The notes under the pieces were generated by a model. It ran no database searches, was not told the origin of the DNA, and worked only from the letters and a program-made list of their open reading frames with translations. 64,000 bases of DNA from Eledone cirrhosa (Eukaryota): contig OZ024744.1 in assembly GCA_964016885.1 (NCBI GenBank), forward strand, positions 23,064,001 to 23,128,000, read 5' to 3'. Of the stretch, positions 11,850 through 26,100 are shown piece by piece. Position 1 is the first letter of the stretch. Each line of letters begins with the position of its first letter. The translations under genes and the position numbers were made by a program.

Positions 11850-14800
11850 TGTTGTTAAAATGAGTCAGTTCTTAAGATTCAACTGTTGTTAAAACGAGTT
11901 TTATCTTAAGATTCAACTGTTGTTAAAACGAGTCAGTTCTTAAGATTCAACTGTTGTTAAAACGAGTTTTATCTTAAGATTCAACTGTTGTTAAAATGAG
12001 TCAGTTCTTAAGATTCAACCGTTGTTAAAACGAGTTTTATCTTAAGATTCAACTGTTGTTAAAACGAGTCAGTTCTTAAGATTCAACTGTTGTTAAAGCG
12101 AGTTTTATTTGAAGATTCAACTGTTGTTAAAACGAGTCAGTGCTTAAGGTTGAACTGTTGATAAAACGAGTCAGTTCTTAAGATTCAACTGTTGTTAAAA
12201 CGAGTTTTATCTTAAGATTCAGCTGTTGTTAAAACGAGTCAGTTCTTAAGATTCAACTGTTGTTAAAACGAATTTTATCTTAAGATTCAACTGTTGTTAA
12301 AACGAGTTTTATCTTAAGATTCAGCTGTTGTTAAAACGAATCAGTTCTTAAGATTCAACTGTTGTTAAAACTAATTTTATTTGAAGATTCAACTGTTGTT
12401 AAGATGAGTCAGTTCTTAAGGTTGAACTGTTGATAAAACGAGTCAGTTCTTAAGATTCAACTGTTGTTAAAACGAGTTTTATCTTAAGATTTAGCTGTTG
12501 TTAAAACGAGTCAGTTCTTAAGATTCAACTGTTGTTAAAACGAGTTTATCTTAAAATTCAGCCGTTGTTAAAACGAGTCAGTTCTTAAGATTCAACTGTT
12601 GTTAAAACGAGTTTTATCTTAAGATTCAACTGTTGTTAAAATGAGTCAGTTCTTAAGATTCAACTGTTGTTAAAACGAGTTTTATTTGAGGATTCAACTG
12701 TTGTTAAAACGAGTCAGTTCTTAAGGTTGAACTGTTGATAAAACGAGTCAGTTCTTAAGATTCAACTGTTGTTAAAACGAGTTTTATCTTAAGATTCAAC
12801 TGTTGTTAAAATGAGTCAGTTCTTAATATTCAACTGTTGTTAAAACGAGTTTTATCTTAAGATTCAACTGTTGTTAAAACGAGTCAGTTCTTAAGATTCA
12901 ACTGTTGTTAAAACGAGTTTTATTTGAAGATTCAACTGTTGTTAAAACGAGTCAGTGCTTAAGGTTGAACTGTTGATAAAACGAGTCAGTTCTTAAGATT
13001 CAACTGTTGTTAAAAAGAGTTTTATCTTAAGATTCAGCTGTTGTTAAAACGAGTCAGTTCTTAAGATTCAACTGTTGTTAAAACGAATTTTATCTTAAGA
13101 TTCAACTGTTGTTAAAACGAGTTTTATCTTAAGATTCAGCTGTTGTTAAAACGAATCAGCTCTTAAGATTCAACTGTTGTTAAAACGAATTTTATTTGAA
13201 GATTCAACTGTTGTTAAGATGAGTCAGTTCTTAAGGTTGAACTGTTCATAAAACGAGTCAATTCTTAAGATTCAACTGTTGTTAAAACGAGTTTTATCTT
13301 AAGATTTAGCTGTTGTTAAAACGAGTTAGTTCTTAAGATTCAACTGTTGTTAAAACGAGTTTATCTTAAAATTCAGCCGTTGTTAAAACGAGTCAGTTCT
13401 TTAAGATTCAACTGTTGTTAAAACGAGTTTTATCTTAAGATTCAACTGTTGTTAAAACGAGTTTTATCTTAAGATTCAGCTGTTGTTAAAACGAGTCAGT
13501 TCTTAAGATTCAACTGTTGTTAAAACGAGTGTTATCTTAAGATTCATCTGTTGTTAAAACGAGTCAGTTCTGAAGAATCAACTGTTGTTAAAACGAGTTT
13601 TATTTGAAGATTCAACTGTTGTTAAAACGAGTCAGTGCTTAAGGTTGAACTGTTGATAAAACGAGTCAGTTCTTAAGATTCAACTGTTGTTAAAACGAGT
13701 TTTATCTTAAGATTCAGATGTTGTTAAAACGAGTCAGTTCTTAAGATTCAACTGTTGTTAAAACAAATTTTATCTTAAGATTCAACTGTTGTTAAAACGA
13801 GTTTTATCTTAAGATTCAACTGTTGTTAAAATGAGTCAGTTCTTAAGATTCAACTGTTGTAAAAACTAGTTTCATCTTAAGATTCAACCGTTGTTAAAAC
13901 TAGTCAGTTCTTAAGATTCAACTGTAGTTAAAACGAGTTTTATCTGAAGATTCAACTGTTGTTAAAACGAATCAGTTCTTAAGATTCAGCTGTTGTTAAA
14001 ATGAGTCAGTTCTTAAGATTCAACTGTTGTTAAAACGAGTTTTATCTTAAGATTCAACTGTTGTTAAAACGAGTCAGTTCTTAAGATTCAACTGTTGTTA
14101 AAACGAGTTTTATCTTAAGATTCAACTGTTGTTAAAATGAGTCAGTTCTTAAGATTCAACCGTTGTTAAAACGAGTTTTATCTTAAGATTCAACTGTTGT
14201 TAAAACGAGTCAGTTCTTAAGATTCAACTGTTGTTAAAGCGAGTTTTATTTGAAGATTCAACTGTTGTTAAAACGAGTCAGTGCTTAAGGTTGAACTGTT
14301 GATAAAACGAGTCAGTTCTTAAGATTCAACTGTTGTTAAAACGAGTTTTATCTTAAGATTCAGCTGTTGTTAAAACGAGTCAGTTCTTAAGATTCAACTG
14401 TTGTTAAAACGAATTTTATCTTAAGATTCAACTGTTGTTAAAACGAGTTTTATCTTAAGATTCAGCTGTTGTTAAAACGAATCAGTTCTTAAGATTCAAC
14501 TGTTGTTAAAACTAATTTTATTTGAAGATTCAACTGTTGTTAAGATGAGTCAGTTCTTAAGGTTGAACTGTTGATAAAACGAGTCAGTTCTTAAGATTCA
14601 ACTGTTGTTAAAACGAGTTTTATCTTAAGATTTAGCTGTTGTTAAAACGAGTCAGTTCTTAAGATTCAACTGTTGTTAAAACGAGTTTATCTTAAAATTC
14701 AGCCGTTGTTAAAACGAGTCAGTTCTTAAGATTCAACTGTTGTTAAAACGAGTTTTATCTTAAGATTCAACTGTTGTTAAAATGAGTCAGTTCTTAAGAT

Positions 14801-16220
14801 TCAACTGTTGTTAAAACGAGTTTTATTTGAGGATTCAACTGTTGTTAAAACGAGTCAGTTCTTAAGGTTGAACTGTTGATAAAACGAGTCAGTTCTTAAG
14901 ATTCAACTGTTGTTAAAACGAGTTTTATCTTAAGATTCAACTGTTGTTAAAATGAGTCAGTTCTTAATATTCAACTGTTGTTAAAACGAGTTTTATCTTA
15001 AGATTCAACTGTTGTTAAAACGAGTCAGTTCTTAAGATTCAACTGTTGTTAAAACGAGTTTTATTTGAAGATTCAACTGTTGTTAAAACGAGTCAGTGCT
15101 TAAGGTTGAACTGTTGATAAAACGAGTCAGTTCTTAAGATTCAACTGTTGTTAAAAAGAGTTTTATCTTAAGATTCAGCTGTTGTTAAAACGAGTCAGTT
15201 CTTAAGATTCAACTGTTGTTAAAACGAATTTTATCTTAAGATTCAACTGTTGTTAAAACGAGTTTTATCTTAAGATTCAGCTGTTGTTAAAACGAATCAG
15301 CTCTTAAGATTCAACTGTTGTTAAAACGAATTTTATTTGAAGATTCAACTGTTGTTAAGATGAGTCAGTTCTTAAGGTTGAACTGTTCATAAAACGAGTC
15401 AATTCTTAAGATTCAACTGTTGTTAAAACGAGTTTTATCTTAAGATTTAGCTGTTGTTAAAACGAGTTAGTTCTTAAGATTCAACTGTTGTTAAAACGAG
15501 TTTATCTTAAAATTCAGCCGTTGTTAAAACGAGTCAGTTCTTAAGATTCAACTGTTGTTAAAACGAGTTTTATCTTAAGATTCAACTGTTGTTAAAACGA
15601 GTTTTATCTTAAGATTCAGCTGTTGTTAAAACGAGTCAGTTCTTAAGATTCAACTGTTGTTAAAACGAGTGTTATCTTAAGATTCATCTGTTGTTAAAAC
15701 GAGTCAGTTCTGAAGAATCAACTGTTGTTAAAACGAGTTTTATTTGAAGATTCAACTGTTGTTAAAACGAGTCAGTGCTTAAGGTTGAACTGTTGATAAA
15801 ACGAGTCAGTTCTTAAGATTCAACTGTTGTTAAAACGAGTTTTATCTTAAGATTCAGATGTTGTTAAAACGAGTCAGTTCTTAAGATTCAACTGTTGTTA
15901 AAACAAATTTTATCTTAAGATTCAACTGTTGTTAAAACGAGTTTTATCTTAAGATTCAACTGTTGTTAAAATGAGTCAGTTCTTAAGATTCAACTGTTGT
16001 AAAAACTAGTTTCATCTTAAGATTCAACCGTTGTTAAAACTAGTCAGTTCTTAAGATTCAACTGTAGTTAAAACGAGTTTTATCTGAAGATTCAACTGTT
16101 GTTAAAACGAATCAGTTCTTAAGATTCAGCTGTTGTTAAAATGAGTCAGTTCTTAAGATTCAACTGTTGTTAAAACGAGTTTTATCTTAAGATTCAACTG
16201 TTGTTAAAACGAGTCAGTTC
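11850..16220 (+). repeat. ~2.14-kb (63-monomer) tandem higher-order duplication
   Basis: AATTC variant at 13260/15401 (offset 2141) and AAACAAATTT at 13761/15901 (offset 2140, after the 1-bp insertion at ~13400). Confidence 0.85.
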
Positions 16221-16796
16221 TAAAGAATCAACTGTTGTTAAAACGAGTTTTATTTGAAGATTCAACTGTTGTTAAAACGAGTTTTATCTTAAGATTCAGC
16301 TGTTGTTAAAACGAGTCAGTTCTTAAGATACAACTGTTGTTAAAACGAATTTTATCTTAAGATTCAACTGTTGTTAAAACGAGTTTTATCTTAAGATTCA
16401 GCTGTTGTTAAAACGAGTCAGTTCTTAAGATTCAACTGTTGTTAAAACGAGTTTTATTTGAGGATTCAACTGTTGTTAAAACGAGTCAGTTCTTAAGCTT
16501 GAACTGTTGATAAAACGAGTCAGTTCTTAAGATTCAACTGTTGTTAAAACGAGTTTTATCTAAAGATTCAGCTGTTGTTAAAATGAGTCAGTTCTTAAAA
16601 TTCAACTGTTGTTAAAACGAGTTTTATCTTAAGATTCAACTGTTGTTAAAACGAGTCAGTTCTGAAGAATCAACTGTTGTCAAAACGAGTTTTATTTGAA
16701 GATTCAACTGTTGTTAAAACGAGTTTTATCTTAAGATTCAGCTGTTGTTAAAACGAGTCAGTTCTTAAGATTCAACTGTTGTTAAAACGAGTTTTT

Positions 16797-19700
16797 TCTT
16801 AAGATTCAACTGTTGTTAAAACGAATCAGTTCTTAAGATTCAACTGTTGTTAAAATGAGTCAGTTCTTAAGATTCAACTGTTGTTAAAACTAGTTTTATC
16901 TTAAGATTCAACTGTTGTTAAAACGAGTCAGTTCTTAAGATTCAACTGTAGTTAAAACGAGTTTTATCTGAAGATTCAACTGTTGTTAAAACGAATCAGT
17001 TCTTAAGATTCAACTGTTGTTAAAATGAGTCAGTTCTTAAGATTCAACTGTTGTTAAAACGAGTTTTATCTTAAGATTCAACTGTTGTTAACACGAGTCA
17101 GTTCTTAAGGTTGAACTGTTGTTAAAACGAGTCAGTTCTTAAGATTCAACTGTTGTTAAAACGAGTTTTATCTTAAGATTCAACTGTTGTTAAAATGAGT
17201 CAGTTCTTAAGATTCAACCGTTGTTAAAACGAGTTTTATCTTAAGATTCAACTGTTGTTAAAACGAGTCAGTTCTTAAGATTCAACTGTTGTTAAAGCGA
17301 GTTTTATTTGAAGATTCAACTGTTGTTAAAACGAGTCAGTGCTTAAGGTTGAACTGTTGATAAAACGAGTCAGTTCTTAAGATTCAACTGTTGTTAAAAC
17401 GAGTTTTATCTTAAGATTCAGCTGTTGTTAAAACGAGTCAGTTCTTAAGATTCAACTGTTGTTAAAACGAATGTTATCTTAAGATTCAACTGTTGTTAAA
17501 ACGAGTTTTATCTTAAGATTCAGCTGTTGTTAAAACGAATCAGTTCTTAAGATTCAACTGTTGTTAAAACGAATTTTATTTGAAGATTCAACTGTTGTTA
17601 AGATGAGTCAGTTCTTAAGGTTGAACTGTTGATAAAACGAGTCAGTTCTTAAGATTCAACTGTTGTTAAAACGAGTTTTTTCTTAAGATTTAGCTGTTGT
17701 TAAAACGAGTCAGTTCTTAAGATTCAACTGTTGTTAAAACGAGTTTATCTTAAAATTCAGCCGTTGTTAAAACGAGTCAGTTCTTAAGATTCAACTGTTG
17801 TTAAAACGAGTTTTATCTTAAGATTCAACTGTTGTTAAAATGAGTCAGTTCTTAAGATTCAACTGTTGTTAAAACGAGTTTTATTTGAGGATTCAACTGT
17901 TGTTAAAACGAGTCAGTTCTTAAGGTTGAACTGTTGATAAAACGAGTCAGTTCTTAAGATTCAACTGTTGTTAAAACAAGTTTTATCTTAAGATTCAACT
18001 GTTGTTAAAACGAGTCAGTTCTGAAGAATCAACTGTTGTTAAAACGAGTTTTATTTGAAGATTCAACTGTTGTTAAAACGAGTCAGTGCTTAAGGTTGAA
18101 CTGTTGATAAAACGAGTCAGTTCTTAAGATTCAACTGTTGTTAAAACGAGTCAGTTCCTAAGATTCAACTGTTGTTAAAACGAATTTTATCTTAAGATTC
18201 AACAGTTGTTAAAACGAGTTTTATCTTAAGATTCAGCTGTTGTTAAAACGAATCAGTTCTTAAGATTCAACTGTTGTTAAAACGAGTTTTATCTTAAGCT
18301 TCAACTGTTGTTAAAACGAATCAGTTCTTAAGATTCAACTGTTGTTAAAATGAGTCAGCTCTTAAGATTCAACTGTTGTTAAAACGAGTTTTATCTTAAG
18401 ATTCAACTGTTGTTAAAACGAGTCAGTTCTTAAGATTCAACTGTTGTTAAAACGAGTTTTATTTGAGGATTCAACTGTTGTTAAAACGAGTCAGTTCTGA
18501 AGAATCAACTGTTGTTAAAACGAGTTTTATTTGAAGATTCAACTGTTGTTAAAACGAGTTTTATCTTAAGATTCAGCTGTTGTTAAAACGAATCAGTTCT
18601 TAAGATTCAACTGTTGTTAAAACGAGTTTTATCTTAAGATTCAACTGTTGTTAAAACGAATCAGTTCTTAAGATTCAACTGTTGTTAAAATGAGTCAGTT
18701 CTTAAGATTCAACTGTTGTTAAAACTAGTTTTATCTTAAGATTCAACTGTTGTTAAAACGAGTCAGTTCTTAAGATTCAACTGTAGTTAAAACGAGTTTT
18801 ATCTGAAGATTCAACTGTTGTTAAAACGAATCAGTTCTTAAGATTCAACTGTTGTTAAAATGAGTCAGTTCTTAAGATTCAACTGTTGTTAAAACGAGTT
18901 TTATCTTAAGATTCAACTGTTGTTAAAACGAGTCAGTTCTTAAGGTTGAACTGTTGTTAAAACGAGTCAGTTCTTAAGATTCAACTGTTGTTAAAACGAG
19001 TTTTATCTTAAGATTCAACTGTTGTTAAAATGAGTCAGTTCTTAAGATTCAACCGTTGTTAAAACGAGTTTTATCTTAAGATTCAACTGTTGTTAAAACG
19101 AGTCAGTTCTTAAGATTCAACTGTTGTTAAAGCGAGTTTTATTTGAAGATTCAACTGTTGTTAAAACGAGTCAGTGCTTAAGGTTGAACTGTTGATAAAA
19201 CGAGTCAGTTCTTAAGATTCAACTGTTGTTAAAACGAGTTTTATCTTAAGATTCAGCTGTTGTTAAAACGAGTCAGTTCTTAAGATTCAACTGTTGTTAA
19301 AACGAATGTTATCTTAAGATTCAACTGTTGTTAAAACGAGTTTTATCTTAAGATTCAGCTGTTGTTAAAACGAATCAGTTCTTAAGATTCAACTGTTGTT
19401 AAAACGAATTTTATTTGAAGATTCAACTGTTGTTAAGATGAGTCAGTTCTTAAGGTTGAACTGTTGATAAAACGAGTCAGTTCTTAAGATTCAACTGTTG
19501 TTAAAACGAGTTTTTTCTTAAGATTTAGCTGTTGTTAAAACGAGTCAGTTCTTAAGATTCAACTGTTGTTAAAACGAGTTTATCTTAAAATTCAGCCGTT
19601 GTTAAAACGAGTCAGTTCTTAAGATTCAACTGTTGTTAAAACGAGTTTTATCTTAAGATTCAACTGTTGTTAAAATGAGTCAGTTCTTAAGATTCAACTG

Positions 19701-21886
19701 TTGTTAAAACGAGTTTTATTTGAGGATTCAACTGTTGTTAAAACGAGTCAGTTCTTAAGGTTGAACTGTTGATAAAACGAGTCAGTTCTTAAGATTCAAC
19801 TGTTGTTAAAACAAGTTTTATCTTAAGATTCAACTGTTGTTAAAACGAGTCAGTTCTGAAGAATCAACTGTTGTTAAAACGAGTTTTATTTGAAGATTCA
19901 ACTGTTGTTAAAACGAGTCAGTGCTTAAGGTTGAACTGTTGATAAAACGAGTCAGTTCTTAAGATTCAACTGTTGTTAAAACGAGTCAGTTCCTAAGATT
20001 CAACTGTTGTTAAAACGAATTTTATCTTAAGATTCAACAGTTGTTAAAACGAGTTTTATCTTAAGATTCAGCTGTTGTTAAAACGAATCAGTTCTTAAGA
20101 TTCAACTGTTGTTAAAACGAGTTTTATCTTAAGCTTCAACTGTTGTTAAAACGAATCAGTTCTTAAGATTCAACTGTTGTTAAAATGAGTCAGCTCTTAA
20201 GATTCAACTGTTGTTAAAACGAGTTTTATCTTAAGATTCAACTGTTGTTAAAACGAGTCAGTTCTTAAGATTCAACTGTTGTTAAAACGAGTTTTATTTG
20301 AGGATTCAACTGTTGTTAAAACGAGTCAGTTCTGAAGAATCAACTGTTGTTAAAACGAGTTTTATTTGAAGATTCAACTGTTGTTAAAACGAGTTTTATC
20401 TTAAGATTCAGCTGTTGTTAAAACGAATCAGTTCTTAAGATTCAACTGTTGTTAAAACGAGTTTTATCTTAAGATTCAACTGTTGTTAAAACGAATCAGT
20501 TCTTAAGATTCAACTGTTGTTAAAATGAGTCAGTTCTTAAGATTCAACTGTTGTTAAAACTAGTTTTATCTTAAGATTCAACTGTTGTTAAAACGAGTCA
20601 GTTCTTAAGATTCAACTGTAGTTAAAACGAGTTTTATCTGAAGATTCAACTGTTGTTAAAACGAATCAGTTCTTAAGATTCAACTGTTGTTAAAATGAGT
20701 CAGTTCTTAAGATTCAACTGTTGTTAAAACGAGTTTTATCTTAAGATTCAACTGTTGTTAAAACGAGTCAGTTCTTAAGGTTGAACTGTTGTTAAAACGA
20801 GTCAGTTCTTAAGATTCAACTGTTGTTAAAACGAGTTTTATCTTAAGATTCAACTGTTGTTAAAATGAGTCAGTTCTTAAGATTCAACCGTTGTTAAAAC
20901 GAGTTTTATCTTAAGATTCAACTGTTGTTAAAACGAGTCAGTTCTTAAGATTCAACTGTTGTTAAAGCGAGTTTTATTTGAAGATTCAACTGTTGTTAAA
21001 ACGAGTCAGTGCTTAAGGTTGAACTGTTGATAAAACGAGTCAGTTCTTAAGATTCAACTGTTGTTAAAACGAGTTTTATCTTAAGATTCAGCTGTTGTTA
21101 AAACGAATCAGTTCTTAAGATTCAACTGTTGTTAAAACGAATTTTATTTGAAGATTCAACTGTTGTTAAGATGAGTCAGTTCTTAAGGTTGAACTGTTGA
21201 TAAAACGAGTCAGTTCTTAAGATTCAACTGTTGTTAAAACGAGTTTTATCTTAAGATTTAGCTGTTGTTAAAACGAGTCAGTTCTTAAGATTCAACTGTT
21301 GTTAAAACGAGTTTATCTTAAAATTCAGCCGTTGTTAAAACGAGTCAGTTCTTAAGATTCAACTGTTGTTAAAACGAGTTTTATCTTAAGATTCAACTGT
21401 TGTTAAAATGAGTCAGTTCTTAAGATTCAACTGTTGTTAAAACGAGTTTTATTTGAGGATTCAACTGTTGTTAAAACGAGTCAGTTCTTAAGGTTGAACT
21501 GTTGATAAAACGAGTCAGTTCTTAAGATTCAACTGTTGTTAAAACAAGTTTTATCTTAAGATTCAACTGTTGTTAAAACGAGTCAGTTCTGAAGAATCAA
21601 CTGTTGTTAAAACGAGTTTTATTTGAAGATTCAACTGTTGTTAAAACGAGTCAGTGCTTAAGGTTGAACTGTTGATAAAACGAGTCAGTTCTTAAGATTC
21701 AACTGTTGTTAAAACGAGTCAGTTCCTAAGATTCAACTGTTGTTAAAACGAATTTTATCTTAAGATTCAACAGTTGTTAAAACGAGTTTTATCTTAAGAT
21801 TCAGCTGTTGTTAAAACGAATCAGTTCTTAAGATTCAACTGTTGTTAAAACGAGTTTTATCTTAAGCTTCAACTTTTGTTAAAACG
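16797..21886 (+). repeat. 1835-bp (54-monomer) higher-order repeat, about 2.8 tandem copies
   Basis: TAGTTTT at 16891/18726/20561 (spacing 1835). AAGCTT at 18296/20131/21864 and TCAGTTCCTA at 18151/19986/21719 (spacing 1835, then 1733, a 3-monomer deletion). Confidence 0.88.
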
Positions 21887-23149
21887 AGTCAGTTCTTAAG
21901 ATTCAACTGTTGTTAAAACGAGTTTTATTTGAAGATTCAACTGTTGTTAAAACGAGTCAGTGCTTAAGGTTGAACTGTTGATAAAACGAGTCAGTTCTTA
22001 AGATTCAACTGTTGTTAAAAAGAGTTTTATCTTAAGATTCAGCTGTTGTTAAAACGAGTCAGTTCTTAAGATTCAACTGTTGTTAAAACGAATTTTATCT
22101 TAAGATTCAACTGTTGTTAAAACGAGTTTTATCTTAAGATTCAGCTGTTGTTAAAACGAATCAGTTCTTAAGATTCAACTGTTGTTAAAACGAGTTTTAT
22201 TTGAAGAGTCAACTGTTGTTAAGATGAGTCAGTTCTTCAGGTTGAACTCTTGATAAAACGAGTCAGTTCTTAAGATTCAACTGTTGTAAAACGAGTTTTA
22301 TCTTAAGATTCAGCTGTTGTTAAAACGAGTCAGTTCTTAAGATTCAACTGTTGTTAAAACGAGTTTTATCTTAAGATTCAACTGTTGTTAAAACGAATCA
22401 GTTCTTAAGATTCAACTGTTGTTAAAATGAGTCAGTTCTTAAGATTCAACTGTTGTAAAAACTAGTTTCATCTTAAGATTCAACTGTTGTTAAAACTAGT
22501 CAGTTCTTAAGATTCAACTGTAGTTAAAACGAGTTTTATCTGAAGATTCAACTGTTGTTAAAACGAATCAGTTCTTAAGATTCAACTGTTGTTAAAATGA
22601 GTCAGCTCTTAAGATTCAACTGTTGTTAAAACGAGTTTTATCTTACGATTCAACTGTTGTTAAAACGAGTCAGTTCTTAAGATTCAACTGTTGTTAAAAC
22701 GAGTTCTATTTGAGGATTCAACTGTTGTTAAAACGAGTCAGTTCTTAAGGTTGAACTGTTGATAAAACGAGTCAGTTCTTAAGATTCAACTGTTGTTAAA
22801 ACGAGTTTTATCTAAAGATTCATCTGTTGTTAAAATGAGTCAGTTCTTAAGATTCAACTGTTGTTAAAACGCGTTTTATCTTAAGATTCAACTGTTGTTA
22901 AAACGAGTCAGTTCTGAAGAATCAACTGTTGTTAAAACGAGTTTTATTTGAAGATTCAACTGTTGTTAAAACGAGTTTTATCTTAAGATTCAGCTGTTGT
23001 TAAAACGAGTCAGTTCTTAAGATACAACTGTTGTTAAAACGAATTTTATCTTAAGATTCAACTGTTGTTAAAACGAGTTTTATCTTAAGATTCAGCTGTT
23101 GTTAAAACGAATCAGTTCTTAAGATTCAACTGTTGTTAAAACGAGTTTT

Positions 23150-26100
23150 ATTTGAAGATTCAACTGTTGTAAAACGAGTTTTATCTTAAGATTCAGCTGT
23201 TGTTAAAACGAGTCAGTTCTTAAGATTCAACTGTTGTTAAAACGAGTTTTATCTTAAGATTCAACTGTTGTTAAAACGAATCAGTTCTTAAGATTCAACT
23301 GTTGTTAAAATGAGTCAGTTCTTAAGATTCAACTGTTGTTAAAACGAGTTTTATCTTAAGATTCAACTGTTGTTAAAACGAGTCAGTTCTTAAGATTCAA
23401 CTGTAGTTAAAACGAGTTTTATCTGAAGATTCAACTGTTGTTAAAACGAATCAGTTCTTAAGATTCAACTGTTGTTAAAATGAGTCAGTTCTTAAGATTC
23501 AACTGTTGTTAAAACGAGTTTTATCTTAAGATTCAACTGTTGTTAAAACGAGTCAGTACTTAAGGTTGAACTGTTGTTAAAACGAGTCAGTTCTTAAGAT
23601 TCAACTGTTGTTAAAACGAGTTTTATCTTAAGATTCAACTGTTGTTAAAATGAGTCAGTTCTTAAGATTCAACCGTTGTTAAAACGAGTTTTATCTCAAG
23701 ATTCAACTGTTGTTAAAACGAGTCAGTTCTTAAGATTCAACTGTTGTTAAAGCGAGTTTTATTTGAAGATTTAACTGTTGTTAAAACGAGTCAGTGCTTA
23801 AGGTTGAACTGTTGATAAAACGAGTCAGTTCTTAAGATTCAACTGTTGTTAAAACGAGTTTTATCTTAAGATTCAGCTGTTGTTAAAACGAGTCAGTTCT
23901 TAAGATTCAACTGTTGTTAAAACGAATTTTATCTTAAGATTCAACTGTTGTTAAAACGAGTTTTATCTTAAGATTCCGCTGTTGTTAAAACGAATCAGTT
24001 CTTAAGATTCAACTGTTGTTAAAACGAATTTTATTTGAAGATTCAACTGTTGTTAAGATGAGTCAGTTCTTAAGATTCAACTGTTGTTAAAACGAGTTTA
24101 TCTTAAAATTCAGCCGTTGTTAAAACGAGTCAGTTCTTAAGATTCAACTGTTGTTAAAACGAGTTTTATCTTAAGATTCAACTGTTGTTAAAATGAGTCA
24201 GTTCTTAAGATTCAACTGTTGTTAAAACGAGTTTTATTTGAGGATTCAACTGTTGTTAAAACGAGTCAGTTCTTAAGGTTGAACTGTTGATAAAACGAGT
24301 CAGTTCTTAAGATTCAACTGTTGTTAAAACAAGTTTTATCTTAAGATTCAACTGTTGCTAAAACGAGTCAGTTCTGAAGAATCAACTGTTGTTAAAACGA
24401 GTTTTATTTGAAGATTCAACTGTTGTTAAAACGAGTCAGTGCTTAAGGTTGAACTGTTGATAAAACGAGTCAGTTCTTAAGATTCAACTGTTGTTAAAAC
24501 GAGTTTTATCTTAAGATTCAACTGTTGTTAAAACGAGTCAGTTCTTAAGATTCAACTGTTGTTAAAACGAATTTTATCTTAAGATTCAACAGTTGTTAAA
24601 ACGAGTTTTATCTTAAGATTCAGCTGTTGTTAAAACGAATCAGTTCTTAAGATTCAACTGTTGTTAAAACGAGTTTTATCTTAAGATTCAACTGTTGTTA
24701 AAACGAGTCAGTTCTTAAGGTTGAACTGATGTTAAAACGAGTCAGTTCTTAAGATTCAACTGTTGTTAAAACGAGTTTTATCTTAAGATTCAACTGTTGT
24801 TAAAATGAGTCAGTTCTTAAGATTCAACTGTTGTTAAAACGAGTTTTATCTTAAGATTCAACTGTTGTTAAAACGAGTCAGTTCTTAAGATTCAACTGTT
24901 GTTAAAACGAGTTTTATTTGAAGATTCAACTGTTGTTAAAACGAGTCAGTGCTTAAGGTTGAACTGTGGATAAAACGAGTCAGTTCTTAAGATTCAACTG
25001 TTGTTAAAAAGAGTTTTATCTTAAGATACAGCTGTTGTTAAAACGAGTCAGTTCTTAAGATTCAACTGTTGTTAAAACGAATTTTATCTTAAGATTCAAC
25101 TGTTGTTAAAACGAGTTTTATCTTAAGATTCAGCTGTTGTTAAAACGAATCAGTTCTTAAGATTCAACTGTTGTTAAAACGAATTTTATTTGAAGATTCA
25201 ACTGTTGTTAAGATGAGTCAGTTCTTAAGGTTGAACTGTTCATAAAACGAGTCAGTTCTTAAGATTCAACTGTTGTTAAAACGAGTTTTATCTTAAGATT
25301 TAGCTGTTGTTAAAACGAGTTAGTTCTTAAGATTCAACTGTTGTTAAAACGGGTTTATCTTAAAATTCAGCCGTTGTTAAAACGAGTCAGTTCTTAAGAT
25401 TCAACTGTTGTTAAAACGAGTTTTATCTTAAGATTCAACTGTTGTTAAAATGAGTCAGTTCTTAAGATTCAACTGTTGTTAAAACGAGTTTTATCTTTAG
25501 ATTCAACTGTTGTTAAAACGAATCAGTACTTAAGATTCAACTGTTGTTAAAACGAGTTTTATTTGAAGATTCAACTGTTGTTAAGATGAGTCAGTTCTTA
25601 AGGTTGAACTCTTGATAAAACGAGTCAGTTCTTAAGATTCAACTGTTGTAAAACGAGTTTTATCTTAAGATTCAGCTGTTGTTAAAACGAGTCAGTTCTT
25701 AAGATTCAAATGTTGTTAAAACGAGTTTTATCTTAAGATTCAACTGTTGTTAAAACGAATCAGTTCTTAAGATTCAACTGTTGTTAAAATGAGTCAGTTC
25801 TTAAGATTCAACTGTTGTAAAAACTAGTTTCATCTTAAGATTCAACTGTTGTTAAAACTAGTCAGTTCTTAAGATTCAACTGTAGTTAAAACGAGTTTTA
25901 TCTGAAGATTCAACTGTTGTTAAAACGAATCAGTTCTTAAGATTCAACTGTTGTTAAAATGAGTCAGCTCTTAAGATTCAACTGTTGTTAAAACGAGTCA
26001 GTTCTTAAGATTCAACTGTTGTTAAAACGAGTTTTATTTAAGGATTCAACTGTTGTTAAAACGAGTCAGTTCTTAAGGTTGAACTGTTGATAAAACGAGT

